A DNA stretch of 64,000 nt, taken from positions 89,900,001 through 89,964,000 of the forward strand of contig OZ024745.1 in NCBI GenBank assembly GCA_964016885.1. Direction: 5' to 3'. The notes beneath the pieces are model-generated. The model was not told the origin of the DNA, ran no database searches, and worked only from the letters and a program-made list of their open reading frames with translations. Positions within the stretch are counted from its first letter, which is position 1, and every line of letters starts with the position of its first letter. Shown one piece after another: positions 42,401 to 57,756 of this stretch. The stretch comes from Eledone cirrhosa (lineage: Eukaryota). A program made the position numbers and the translations under genes.

Positions 42401-43402
42401 AACTAATTGGACATGTAACCAGCTATATATCTTTCCATAATTTATATCTTGTCCAGTTATGGATAGATAATCTAATGAGACCTTTAATGTATTATAGGAA
42501 AATAGACTGTATTTCAAATTAAGTATAAATATATAACATTATGTAAAAGAGATTCACTTGTATCACAATATAATGTGTATTAGAGCAAATAATTTAAAAA
42601 TTGATACTTTCCTATATATTTTAATTTAATTTAATTAGCTAGTTACCTCCCCTTACGCATTAGCTCCCCTTAATCTTGGATCTCATACTCACTTCCAGAA
42701 ATTAAACCGTTAGAAAAACTACCTGTTGAACAACTCTAATCCATGAATAAGAATACAATAAGACCAATTTACAATCCATTGCTGTAACTAACTAAAAACA
42801 TTCAATATAAACATTAACTAAAATATAATTTAACATATGTAATGGAAAAGACAACAATAACTTTGATTTTCTCAACACACACAAATTTGAACACTATCAT
42901 CATATTACATCCGTCATACATTTTTAATACACTAACACATTTGCTTGGTATTTTGTGTGATACCTTTGCCATACAGTATTAATTTATTTATTTATTTATA
43001 TATACCTAATACCTTTGCTTGTTTCCTTCGCATATATATGACTAACGGATGTGCACTTTCTACACGCTTGCATATGTACTGCTAGTGTCCTCATTCTTTC
43101 TCAATGCCTCTTTAATTATCAGACTATTCCCTTGTATTATCTGTCGCATGTATTCCACTCTGTGCTTTTAATTGGAATTTTTGTACAATTCTCGTATAAT
43201 GTATGTCGCATCCATTCCACCCTGTAAATACGAAACTTTTGTTCACAACATCATTATATATGTATCTATATGATTGTTCATTAGAATAGGAGGTTAATTA
43301 TATGTACAAATATAATGCTCCAATGATTCCAAACTAAAGTTTGGGAGAAAAGATTGTTAGCAATTAAATGATTTGAACATAACTTTGATAATTGTGTTAT
43401 TT
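39415..43402. mobile_element. 4-kb palindrome of two diverged 3' PLE copies (GIY-YIG + 1.3 kb 3' UTR), head-to-head
   Basis: 39415-41240 mirrors 41593-43400; + strand 41620-42050 reads KCNYR..C..NC..IIYS..KTYIGST..CNLC with stops; decayed HHR at 43314-43365. Confidence 0.85.
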
Positions 43403-43408
43403 ATTTAT

Positions 43409-43693
<285 letters not shown>

Positions 43694-43894
43694 GAATAGC
43701 TTTCCCCGTATTTTTGACTAGAGGAATTTTAGCCTGTTAATGGGGTTTAGAACCCTCAGATAAATGGAAAAAGATGAGTATTGACATACTTACGTGATAT
43801 ATATATATATATAATTGTTTCTACTTTAGGCACAAGGCCAGCAATTACCCAGTGCATTACTGGTACTTTATTTTATCGACCCCGTAAGGATGAA

Positions 43895-45311
<1,417 letters not shown>

Positions 45312-45568
45312 GATAGATCTACCAAAATATACGGTAGTGTCCAATCCGTATGAAGAACTCAATGTAATCCAAATATCATGAAAATAGAAGATGTATTCAA
45401 ATTCTTTTCGATGAAAAACACAGGATAACAGAGTCAAGATAAATTAATAAAAATAATGAATAAAAACAAAGAAACAGTTCCTTATATTAAAAACTGAAGG
45501 CAGACTTCAGTTTCAATATAAGGAACTGTTTATTTGTTTTTATTCATTATTTTTATTAATTTATATCT

Positions 45569-45629
<61 letters not shown>

Positions 45630-46044
45630 TAAATAATCGAGAATCAGAATTTCGGCCCACGAAATAACGATAAACAAACTTCGACATGTGTGGCAGAGGG
45701 CTCAATAGTTTGGATGAACCAGAGCTATAACTATCGTTAAAATACCAACACATAAAGACGATGCCTAGGATCATTCGCACAGCCGAAAAAAACGACCAGG
45801 AAAATTCGGGTCACTCAAATAAAAAATTAATAAATTAATAAATTAAATGAATGTAAAAAACTCACCCGGACCCGCTAGAAGGATGTTAAATTCTAGCTTT
45901 TTGGGTTTCTGCAGTTCCTTAATCAATTACTGTCAGCCCACATAAAAAATATCTGACTTCTAGTAAAGAGATGAACGTGGAAACTGCTTTCTCAACGGAT
46001 GTTTCGTTCAAAAATACAGGGGGACCTGTTACTGGACGCACGCA

Positions 46045-47600
46045 TGTTTGGAAGTCATGGGTTTGGCATAATGGGAATGGAGGATTTGTTTTTGGTTATT
46101 AATGGTATCTAACCAGAGCTCTGTGTCTAGTACAGGTAATCGATGGTTGGGGTGTTTACTTGGGTAGTCTATAGTAACTCTAATACTCTGGTGGATGGAG
46201 TTAGCTATTTGCTGGATGCTTTCCATTGTGTTTTTCTCTAGTTCCTGACTGTTCTCTAGTGGGGGTGTCTTAACTACGATGTTTATATCATCAACGTAGC
46301 GGGAGTCCCCCCCCCCCTATGACTTCCAAACATCTGATCCACCGAAACTCGGCCGTTTCGGACCATACCAAAATCAACATACTGATTGCGGATTTGGTAC
46401 GGGTGATGAGAAACGTGTCCCGCATGTGCAACCCCGAAGAACTAGAGAGACACATACAACACTTCATCCACCGTATGCAGTTCTCTGGTTACAATCAGAG
46501 AGATGAAATCAGAGTGTATAGAGGAGCCAGAACCAAATGGGAAAAAATGGTAAATAATGACATAAATGGGACCTGCCCCTTGTATAGGAGCAAATTTTGG
46601 AATAGAATAGAAAGAACTAGGAATAAGGCTAATAGAATAAACTCATGGTATGATAGCAATAAATGCCAGAGTGTAATGTTCATCGATACAACCCCTAGAG
46701 GTGAATTAGCTTACAAATTTACAAGGGCCCTAGATAAACATAAACTCAATATTAAGATAGTAGAAAGACCAGGTACCTCCGTAAAAACACTTATTCGCAA
46801 GACATACCCTTTTCAAAGACCCCCATGTATAGATAAGAAATGTATAACCTGTAAAATAAGCCCCCATATTAACTGTAAAACTAGAAATGTAGTGTATAGC
46901 ATAAGATGTACTGAAGGACAATGTAGAGACAAAAATATAGTGTACATAGGTGAGACAGTTCGTAGTGTAGGGCAACGGATAAACGAACACTGGCGAGACC
47001 CTCAAGATAGTAAAGAATCATCTGTACTCTACCAACATGCTAAAATAGAACACAAGGCTAAATTAGAGAACATAGAAATAAAAATAGAATCTACACACAG
47101 AAAAGACGCAATGTTTAGACAAATCACAGAGGCAATAAACATAAAAGAATTACAACCAAAATTAAATAGAAAATATGAGTGGAACAGCAACATCACAACT
47201 TACAATTAAGGACAAAATGAAAACACACACACACATAGAACAAACAACCAACCAGTAACATGTAAATAAACAAATAAATAAATGAACATAAACACACACA
47301 GACACCCGGATGTGGCGCATGCGCAGTCTGAGCACACAACACACACACAGAAACAAAATGGCGTAGGACAAAACAAAGGAGAGGCACAAAAACAAAGAAA
47401 AGAATCCCCAGTCACTGAAGAGGTCACAGAATGTGTGACGAAAGAACTTTGACAATATATAAACAACTATCTGGTTGTGGAACCAACCAACCAGAAATTT
47501 ATAAATTTATTCCTAAATTTATAAATTTATTATAATAAATTGAAGTAAAAGCAAATGGTGCGTGTGTTTTTTTATTGGCAACATGACCCTCCCAAAGTAT

Positions 47601-47607
<7 letters not shown>
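46045..47607 (+). mobile_element. 5'-truncated PLE1 copy with inverted RT segment (46045-46306) and poly-C junction
   Basis: ORF 46319-47209 is an intact RT C-terminus + CxxxxCxxC + GIY-YIG; ORF 46029-46226(-) equals PLE1 aa ~126-185; HHR at 47411-47453. Confidence 0.9.
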
Positions 47608-47685
<78 letters not shown>

Positions 47686-48317
47686 TACATATGTACATAT
47701 ATATACAGAAAGATATATGTCTATATACATAGACAAAAACATACACGCACATACACACATACCCACGTATATCCATGTGAGTTTGTGTGTGCCTGTATGT
47801 ATAAAACCGTTTCAGTGAGTAACTAACGAAATCGAGAGGTAAATATATTTCCGCATTTAATATACCGGTTTCAGCATTGTCAATTGCGGATATGCATAAT
47901 ATTGTTAAGTTGGATATTTATACAAATAATAGTAATAATTGTTTCTACATTTGGCACAAGGCCAGCAAATACCCAGTACATTACTGGTACTTTATTTTAT
48001 AGACCCCTTAAGGATAAGAGGCAAAGTTAACCTCGGCGGGATTTGAACTCAAATAATAGTAATAGTAATAATAATAATAAAAAGGGGAATAAAAATTAAT
48101 TTTGACATACATATTCAGAGAGGAGAATTCATTTCTTTATCGTGTCTGTCCGTCTTTCTCTGTTAATATTTTGGCTTTAGTCAAAATGCGGAAATATCCA
48201 CTTTGTAAATAAATTAATGTTTTGATATTACACTGAAAGAATCTCTTCAGCATTTTCTATGGCAAAAATATTTTTCCTTTCTACTATTTGTTTTTATATA
48301 TCAACTCGTGTGTTACT

Positions 48318-48361
<44 letters not shown>

Positions 48362-48366
<5 letters not shown>

Positions 48367-51085
48367 GAATATAGACATAGAATATTCGAAAATATTCTGT
48401 ATGTTTATAATAAACATTTTGAAGACCTAATCGCTATAGAATAGAATACGTCACGTATTACAATTAGATTCTCGATAAAAGCAAGGGAAGTAATCTACGC
48501 GTTTCATTCTTGTTAGAAATCATCAGGACTACATATCCAGTGCTTTTATCGAGAATGACACAGCTAGAGACTTATAGAATACTTAGCTGTGTACAGGAAC
48601 TGGTTTGAAAGAGCGGTTGCCGGTCCGGCAGAAATTAGAAATTGGAATAAATGCTCTGAAATAGCGATATATATGTGAATATAGACATAGAATATTCGAA
48701 AATATTCTGTATGTTTATAATAAACATTTTGAAGACCTAATCGCTATAGAATAGAATACGTCACGTATTACAATTAGATTCTCGATAAAAGCAAGGGAAG
48801 TAATCTACGCGTTTCATTCTTGTTAGAAATCATCAGGACTACATATCCAGTGCTTTTATCGAGAATGACACAGCTAGAGACTTATAGAATACTTAGCTGT
48901 GTACAGGAACTGGTTTGAAAGAGCGGTTGCCGGTCCGGCAGAAATTAGAAATTGGAATAAATGCTCTGAAATAGCGATATATATGTGAATATAGACATAG
49001 AATATTCGAAAATATTCTGTATGTTTATAATAAACATTTTGAAGACCTAATCGCTATAGAATAGAATACGTCACGTATTACAATTAGATTCTCGATAAAA
49101 GCAAGGGAAGTAATCTACGCGTTTCATTCTTGTTAGAAATCATCAGGACTACATATCCAGTGCTTTTATCGAGAATGACACAGCTAGAGACTTATAGAAT
49201 ACTTAGCTGTGTACAGGAACTGGTTTGAAAGAGCGGTTGCCGGTCCGGCAGAAATTAGAAATTGGAATAAATGCTCTGAAATAGCGATATATATGTGAAT
49301 ATAGACATAGAATATTCGAAAATATTCTGTATGTTTATAATAAACATTTTGAAGACCTAATCGCTATAGAATAGAATACGTCACGTATTACAATTAGATT
49401 CTCGATAAAAGCAAGGGAAGTAATCTACGCGTTTCATTCTTGTTAGAAATCATCAGGACTACATATCCAGTGCTTTTATCGAGAATGACACAGCTAGAGA
49501 CTTATAGAATACTTAGCTGTGTACAGGAACTGGTTTGAAAGAGCGGTTGCCGGTCCGGCAGAAATTAGAAATTGGAATAAATGCTCTGAAATAGCGATAT
49601 ATATGTGAATATAGACATAGAATATTCGAAAATATTCTGTATGTTTATAATAAACATTTTGAAGACCTAATCGCTATAGAATAGAATACGTCACGTATTA
49701 CAATTAGATTCTCGATAAAAGCAAGGGAAGACGTATTCTATTCTATAGCGATTAGGTCTTCAAAATGTTTATTATAAACATACAGAATATTTTCGAATAT
49801 TCTATGTCTATATTCACATATATATCGCTATTTCAGAGCATTTATTCCAATTTCTAATTTCTGCCGGACCGGCAACCGCTCTTTCAAACCAGTTCCTGTA
49901 CACAGCTAAGTATTCTATAAGTCTCTAGCTGTGTCATTCTCGATAAAAGCACTGGATATGTAGTCCTGATGATTTCTAACAAGAATGAAACGCGTAGATT
50001 ACTTCCCTTGCTTTTATCGAGAATCTAATTGTAATACGTGACGTATTCTATTCTATAGCGATTAGGTCTTCAAAATGTTTATTATAAACATACAGAATAT
50101 TTTCGAATATTCTATGTCTATATTCACATATATATCGCTATTTCAGAGCATTTATTCCAATTTCTAATTTCTGCCGGACCGGCAACCGCTCTTTCAAACC
50201 AGTTCCTGTACACAGCTAAGTATTCTATAAGTCTCTAGCTGTGTCATTCTCGATAAAAGCACTGGATATGTAGTCCTGATGATTTCTAACAAGAATGAAA
50301 CGCGTAGATTACTTCCCTTGCTTTTATCGAGAATCTAATTGTAATACGTGACGTATTCTATTCTATAGCGATTAGGTCTTCAAAATGTTTATTATAAACA
50401 TACAGAATATTTTCGAATATTCTATGTCTATATTCACATATATATCGCTATTTCAGAGCATTTATTCCAATTTCTAATTTCTGCCGGACCGGCAACCGCT
50501 CTTTCAAACCAGTTCCTGTACACAGCTAAGTATTCTATAAGTCTCTAGCTGTGTCATTCTCGATAAAAGCACTGGATATGTAGTCCTGATGATTTCTAAC
50601 AAGAATGAAACGCGTAGATTACTTCCCTTGCTTTTATCGAGAATCTAATTGTAATACGTGACGTATTCTATTCTATAGCGATTAGGTCTTCAAAATGTTT
50701 ATTATAAACATACAGAATATTTTCGAATATTCTATGTCTATATTCACATATATATCGCTATTTCAGAGCATTTATTCCAATTTCTAATTTCTGCCGGACC
50801 GGCAACCGCTCTTTCAAACCAGTTCCTGTACACAGCTAAGTATTCTATAAGTCTCTAGCTGTGTCATTCTCGATAAAAGCACTGGATATGTAGTCCTGAT
50901 GATTTCTAACAAGAATGAAACGCGTAGATTACTTCCCTTGCTTTTATCGAGAATCTAATTGTAATACGTGACGTATTCTATTCTATAGCGATTAGGTCTT
51001 CAAAATGTTTATTATAAACATACAGAATATTTTCGAATATTCTATGTCTATATTCACATATATATCGCTATTTCAGCGCATTTAT

Positions 51086-51090
<5 letters not shown>
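48362..51090. repeat. 310-bp tandem array, two ~4.4-unit arms inverted at 49730/49731; 8 complete HHRs
   Basis: period 310 (48421, 48731, 49041, 49351); HHR on - at 48468, 48778, 49088, 49398 and on + at 49936, 50246, 50556, 50866; (TA)n on both flanks. Confidence 0.93.
49936..50024 (+). ncRNA. type-I hammerhead ribozyme closed by a 16-bp stem
   Basis: ATTCTCGATAAAAGCA..GTAGTC-CTGATGA-T TTCT aaca AGAA T-GAAA-CGCG-TA-GATTAC..TGCTTTTATCGAGAAT. Confidence 0.85.
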
Positions 51091-51138
<48 letters not shown>

Positions 51139-51289
51139 AATACATTTACATATACTTATATGTTATGAAAGCTAGTTGTCTTTCTTCTTCTATGGTATAA
51201 AGATATTAAATATATATATTTGACTTTATCGAGTTACAAGTCAAATATGTCATACCACTGTATGATATATGGTCAAATGCGTAAAAAAC

Positions 51290-51502
51290 ATACATACATG
51301 GTGGCTGCCAACTCGTTTTCGAGTACGGCCATTACTTTATATCCATGTAGGAGAACGCCTACCGATGCGCTGAACGAGTGTGACTTTTTAGTTGAGCCAG
51401 CGACTTGAAAACTCTGGTACAAACACTAAACCTGTGACAATTATTGACACATAGTGCTGGGCCCATGGTACCATGTGACAAGTGCAGAGAGATCTCCAAG
51501 TC
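51290..51502 (-). mobile_element. RTE-like 3' end with C2H2 finger remnant (another copy at 63820-64000)
   Basis: SVCTRVFKSLAQLKSHTRSAHR*; 3' ggccgtactcgaaaacgagttggcagcc resembles 27550-27580; flanked by (TACA)n. Confidence 0.6.
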
Positions 51503-51571
51503 TATACATACATACATACATACATACATACATACATACATACATACATACATACATACATACATACATAC

Positions 51572-52010
51572 ATACGAGGGTTCACGGCAAAATGACAGTT
51601 CGAAAAAATGGTTTAAGTTATGATGTTTATTTTTCAGCATATGGTCCATCTAGGCCAATACACTTCTGCAAGCATTGATACCAGCCTTTAAGTTCATCTG
51701 TGTAAAACTGAGAGCCGTCGGATTTAAACCATGTCAAAGCTGTATTTTTACATCTTCAACTAGTGATCATCTTCAACCTCATCTCTTCCACTTTTAAAAC
51801 GATTTACCCCTGTGTAGGTTGCTGATTTTTGGGGGACATTGTCCCCATAAACTTTCTCCGGGATGTCAATGATTTCCCTGATCTCCCACCCTAGCTTCAC
51901 CAAAAATTTGATGTCTTTTGGAAGTCATGTTGCTCAAGCGGGTGAAAACTTCCGTCTGGTGGCGCTGCGTTGCAACTTGCATTTAAGGGATCATATTAGA
52001 ACATATTATG
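51572..52010 (-). mobile_element. mariner-like deletion derivative
   Basis: TA|CGAGGG terminus; minus-strand WYQCLQKCIGLDGPYAEK* resembles a mariner transposase C-terminus. Confidence 0.55.
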
Positions 52011-52011
52011 A

Positions 52012-52185
52012 CACGTGGATTGGCAGTATCGGTAGAGGGTCGGACGCATAGTTACGGCCCTTGCCATTCTGAGTTCAAATCTCGCCAAGGTTAAATTTGC
52101 CTTTCATCCTTACGGGGTCGATAAAATAAAGTACCAGTAATGCACTGAGTAATTGCTGGCCTTGTGCCTAACGTAGAAATAATCA
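52012..52185 (+). mobile_element. tRNA-derived SINE
   Basis: tggcagtatcgg..gagttcaaatc..ggggtcgataaaataaagtaccagt..gctggccttgtgcc. Confidence 0.75.
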
Positions 52186-52394
52186 TGACACATTAGAACG
52201 AGAACGTACAGATGCATTTTGAGATCAAAATCCCTGCGTATAATTTTTAGCTATGTACTTTTTACACGAACCTTTTGAAGCCAATTTGTACATGACGAGT
52301 GGACAGTTCCATTGTCTCAACAACTGGAATATTCATTATAGAAACCCACAGAGTTCCATCATATTTACATACATACACACTCATATATATATAT

Positions 52395-53810
52395 TTAAGG
52401 CGGGTAAAATTCCCGAGATCCATGGACGAGTTCTCTCCAGCGGTCTCTGTCCCTCATTATTGCTGCCTTATCCTGCGTCTCCAACAGACCAGTGTCTGTC
52501 CTTAGGGCATCATCATACGTTAACCTTGGTCTCCCTCTTCCAGTGTGTCCATGTAGGGGCTCCCACAGTAGCACTGAGTGCAATGTCAACTCTGGATGTC
52601 GGTGAGCCTGTCCAGCTAACCTCAGTCTCCTCTGTGTCACTTTTGAGCTGACTTTTGGGAGGCTTCCATACAACTCTGTGTTTTTCATCCTCAGTGTATA
52701 CTGATTAATGCTCAGAGCCATCCTCAGCATTCTCGTGTAGCACCAATCCACCATCTGAGTGAGTTTCTTGGTCAGTGTCCAAGTCTCAGACCCATACAGC
52801 AGCACAGACTCCACTACAGTAATGAAGAGACAGATTTTCAGGTATTTACGAAGGTCCGATTTCCACACCGATCTCAAGCTGTGGCACGCGGCCCAGGCTT
52901 TGCACTTCCTATCAACCACATCAACTTCCGTATTCCCAATCTTTGCTGCCAAATACAGGAAGTCCTCAACCAATTCTAGCGGCTTCCCGCCTACATTAGT
53001 GATCCTCTCTGGCTTCTCAACATTCTCTACCAGATATTTTGTTTTAGTCTCATTCATTCTCAGCCCCACACTCATCAACACAGTCTCAACCTCCTGCATC
53101 AAATCCTATGCCTCCTTCACTGTATTTGTCACCAAAATGATGTCGTCGGCAAATTCAGCATCCGATATCTTTTTCGCCTTAACTCTCCTGCTCTGAGCCG
53201 GTGCTACAGTAAAGCCAGAGTCCTGGTGTTTCTCCAGTGCAAGGCGCATACAATAGTCCACTACGATGATAAAAAGGTTGGGAGCCAATGTATCTGCCTG
53301 GAGCACTCCAGCCAGTATCTCAAAGAACTCTGTCATCCCATCAGGTGTAATGACTTGGGCTTTGGTGTTGGTGTAGAGCAGTGATATCAGGCCCACTATC
53401 TTCTTGGGGATTCCATAAGCCTGTAAGATCTTCATCAGGCAGTGACTGTCCACGGAATAAAAGGCCTTCCTAAAGTCAACGAAAACCATGACCGCAAGAA
53501 GGCACTTTGCTCTAGCTCGCTCTAATATCCTCCTCAGCATCAGGATGTGACAGGTGGTTGATGATTTCCCTCTCTGAAGCCGTTCTGGTTGCCCTGACCT
53601 TCTTCTCCATCTCAGGCTGGATCCTGTTAAGAATCATCATGTTGGGGGTCTTTGCCACAAGTGACGTCAGTGAGATCCCCCTGTAGCTGTTGGTGTTAGA
53701 GAGATCTCCCTTCTTTGGCACTGGGACGATGTTACTGATTTTCCTTTCTCCAGTGCCTGGTTACAGAACCCAAGGATGATATCATCAAAATCACACCTCT
53801 TCATCACCTC
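52395..53810 (-). mobile_element. RTE-clade LINE RT region, 5'-truncated, degenerate
   Basis: PKKGDL..YRGISL, FVDFRKAF, GVLQADTLAP, FADDI, LLYGSETW, GRPRLTY. Confidence 0.9.
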
Positions 53811-53824
53811 TATATCTATATCTA

Positions 53825-53883
<59 letters not shown>

Positions 53884-53884
53884 C

Positions 53885-54087
53885 AAGGAAGAAATAGCAG
53901 GTGATGTGTTGTTATGGAGTCCATCTCATGGAGCAAGAAACGCTGGTCGTCCCAAGAAGATATACGTCAAGCAACTTGAGGACGATATTGCATGCGCTGC
54001 AGAAGAACTGGCAAACGCTATGAGAGACAGAGATGGATGGAGGAAACGTGTCGTAGAAAGCCGAGTAACCTCGACCTAATGATGATG

Positions 54088-54090
<3 letters not shown>
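53885..54090 (+). mobile_element. RTE-clade LINE 3' fragment
   Basis: [29 protein letters not shown]; (TGA)n tail. Confidence 0.7.
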
Positions 54091-54124
<34 letters not shown>

Positions 54125-54146
54125 CATATATATATATATATATATG

Positions 54147-54298
<152 letters not shown>

Positions 54299-54535
54299 CA
54301 TAGTATTAAGGATATTATTTATGGTTATGTATATAATAAAACCTTTTATGGTTATATATTTTTTATATACAAACCCCAAATAGTGAAAGATAGTCATTCA
54401 TTACTATCTTATTACCAGTAAGATAAATAGCTCAATGTAATAACATCAGTTGCTTTACAGAGCAGTTATATAGAGATTACAATAATCAAAGTTCAGTTTA
54501 AATCATTTATGATTTAAACTGAACATTGATTATTG

Positions 54536-54604
<69 letters not shown>

Positions 54605-54929
54605 ATGAAGCAAATAAAATAACCCAGCTGACAACAAATAAACTCTCTAAAAAAAAAATAATAAATGCGGAATAAGCAGTTAAGAAACTTGGTGAAAACA
54701 CATACTCTCGGGTCTTGACTAATCGTTCCCGCTAATTAAATTTTGATAATCTATCTTCGGCAAAATTTTATTTTGACTGGTAGCATTCCTGTCACAATTA
54801 ATTTTCTTTGGACATTATAAAAAAAATACATTATACATGACATAAAACAACGTATCTCTAGCGCTCATTTTCCTGTCATAGCCCATATTTCTTATATATA
54901 CATATAAATGGATACCGATCTAAACCCTC

Positions 54930-54974
<45 letters not shown>

Positions 54975-54980
<6 letters not shown>

Positions 54981-55292
54981 ATACTTGGGGAGGGTCATAT
55001 TTGTGTAATATTGCCAGAATTAATAACAGAACACACTCATGTGTTTGTGTCTATATTGTATCTGTATTATTTTTGGCCGCCGGTCAGTCAATGGCAACAT
55101 TGAGGACCGAATAAATTAGATTACCGATATAAAAGACACAGAAGCGAAAAGCGAAAACCAACCAAACAGTGAGTGTGTTCTGTTATTAATTCTGGCAATA
55201 TTACACAAATATGACCCTCCCCAAGTATAATAATATTTGTTTCGACACACGATTTCATATAAAAAACCTCGCAAAACTAATTCAGCGCCGTT
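54975..55292. mobile_element. family H mini palindrome
   Basis: 54975-55040 inverts 55170-55235; homologous to 36745-36998. Confidence 0.7.
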
Positions 55293-55392
55293 ATATATAT
55301 ATATGTGTGTGTGTGTTACTCTTTTACGCTTTTACGTGTTCCAGCCATCCGGTTGAGGCCATCCGGTTGAGGCCATGCTGGGGCACCGCCCT

Positions 55393-55430
<38 letters not shown>

Positions 55431-55657
55431 CATTTAATTACATAATAAACAACACAATATAATTAATTCATATAACTCGTTCGTCAGACAAATCAATTGT
55501 TGACGAACCTGCAAGAATCATCTAGTTTCTCGAAACCTTCGGTAATGAAATAATTATATTGTGTTGTTTATTATGTGATTAAATAGCTCTATACAATACA
55601 TAGAGCACTCTTCTTTCTTTTACCTTTTCTACGGAAATACTTAATACATACACACAT

Positions 55658-55803
<146 letters not shown>

Positions 55804-55974
55804 TGAGAGACAGAGAGAAACAGAGAGACAGACAGATAGATAAATATAGCTGACATTTTTTTGTCACTTTTCTACTTTGAAAAGAAATATCTACACTCTA
55901 CCCTCAGTATTGTGTGCTCAATAAATTAATTTTTGAATGTTTTAAATACGCATTTTAATTATATATATATAGAT

Positions 55975-57690
55975 AGATTACGAAGCATTTTCCCCCTACA
56001 CATAAATATAGTAAAATTTTTAATAGAAATACTTTTACTATTTCTTACTCTACGACTCCTAATCTTGCACATAACATCACAGCTTCAAATTTAGCTAAAC
56101 TACCTAGCCGTAGGAACACGTGCAACCCTGTAGTTAGTACTAACTGTAATTGTAGGAATCGGGTTGATTGCCCCCTATCCGGGAAATGCCTCTCTAGTAA
56201 AATTGTCTACATATGTAAGGTTGTAACACCCACGTCCCGTAGGGCCTACATAGGGTTAACCGCCAATAGATTCAAGCAGCGTCTTTACATGCATACCCAT
56301 TCCTTTCGTTACCCTCTAAGAAGGAATATGACGTCACTTTCAGCTTATATCTGGAGTCTAAAAGACAACCAAACCCAATATAAGTTACATTGGGAGATCC
56401 TAGCTAGGGCTAGATCGTATAACGGAAATAAAAGACCTTGTGACCTCTGCGCCGCTGAGGCCCTGGAAATACTCTATGCCACAGACCACATCTTAAACAA
56501 AAAATCTGAGGCAATTTCGGCTTGTAAACATAAATTGCACAAAACTTTCCTGTATTACAGCCCCACGTTATACCCTAATGGATAGTACGATCTATACGTG
56601 GATATTTTACGTCTTGATGTGGGAGCTAAGTATATGTTTTGTTTATCCCATTACTTATTTGCATAGGTAAGTATATATTACCCGTATGTTTCGTGAAGGT
56701 ACGTATACCTTCTCGTACGTATATTTGATTGTTTATGTTATGGTGTATAAACTTTTTTTTTTTTTATTCTGTTACATATGGTTTGGCTATGTGTATACGG
56801 GAGTTTTGCGTCTGTGTGAGTATGCAGGTTCGTACGTATGTAGGGTGCGTGTATATGTGTACTTCATGATTTGGTTGTCTTACGTCTCCGAACATTCGTG
56901 TATTTACATGTAGGTATGTGTGTGCGCTTGTTATTTACTTATTTATTTATTTATATACGTTTATATAATTATTTATTTATTTATTTGTATACACGCATAC
57001 ACACACACACATATTTATATGTGCGTGGTTTTGTATACCTATGGTAAGTGTTTTGCGTATGCTTGTGTATGTACGTATTTGTTTGCGTGTATGTATTTAT
57101 TTATTTCTATTACTTCTGTATTGTATTTATTTACCTTGTTCTTAACTCTGTAGCGGAGATTCATTCGGTCTCCTAGTTAGAATTTTAGTCTACGACTTCT
57201 GCTATACCATTTACGTGGTTTTGTCTTTGCGTGCTATTGTTCTCCACGCTCCACATATGACGTATTATCTTCGTTTTTTTTCGTTCATTGCCAGAGAACG
57301 TCTCTATGAACCACCTAAGAGAACATTAGTCTACGACCTCTTTTATACCATAAACGTGGTTCTGTCTGCGCGTAATTGTTTTTCACCGCTCCTATTAATG
57401 ACGTATCTTATTCGTTTTTTTCCCGTTCTTTGCCAGCGAACGTTTCCATGAACCAAAGTATCGTCTTCCTGTCTTCCTCCGGTTGCAACGTTTTGTGAAA
57501 TATCCACTTCTGCGTTTACAGATTGACTTTGTTAGTTTCAGAAGATCCCGTTAAGGGCGAAAGCAACGATTCTTTGCTTAAACTTTAATCTGTTATTTTA
57601 ATAAATATTTGCTCTACGGTTCTTATATATTTGATATATATTTATCCTTATCGAGCCCTCTTTGGATTTTAGTCTTGAAATTTATTATTA

Positions 57691-57695
<5 letters not shown>
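55975..57695 (+). mobile_element. 5'-truncated PLE (GIY-YIG remnant + long 3' UTR, family D pLTR)
   Basis: NCNCRNRVDCPLSGKC..IVYIC..AYIGLT..FKQRL..H, CDLC; HHR at 57518-57593. Confidence 0.85.
57518..57593 (+). ncRNA. hammerhead-like motif with U4A core (CAGAAGA), family D
   Basis: ACAGATTGA..AGTTT-CAGAAGA-TCCC gttaa GGGC-GAAA-GCA..TGC-TT-AAACT-TTAATCTGT; CAGANGA also at ~22350, ~22848 and 27628-27703(-). Confidence 0.6.

Positions 57696-57756
<61 letters not shown>

Noticed and set aside
45630-45730. HHR-like GCCC..GGGCC-GAAA on minus strand
   Set aside because: The core is degenerate (CTATTGA) and there is no stem I.
48612-48632. GCGGTTGCCGGTCC / GCCGGTCAAGC resembling a twister ribozyme P4 loop
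   Set aside because: I could not build P1/P2 or the pseudoknots, and it lies antisense to the HHR strand.
48362-51090. CRISPR-like regular repeat array
   Set aside because: Whole units are identical, with no unique spacers, no cas genes and a eukaryotic context.
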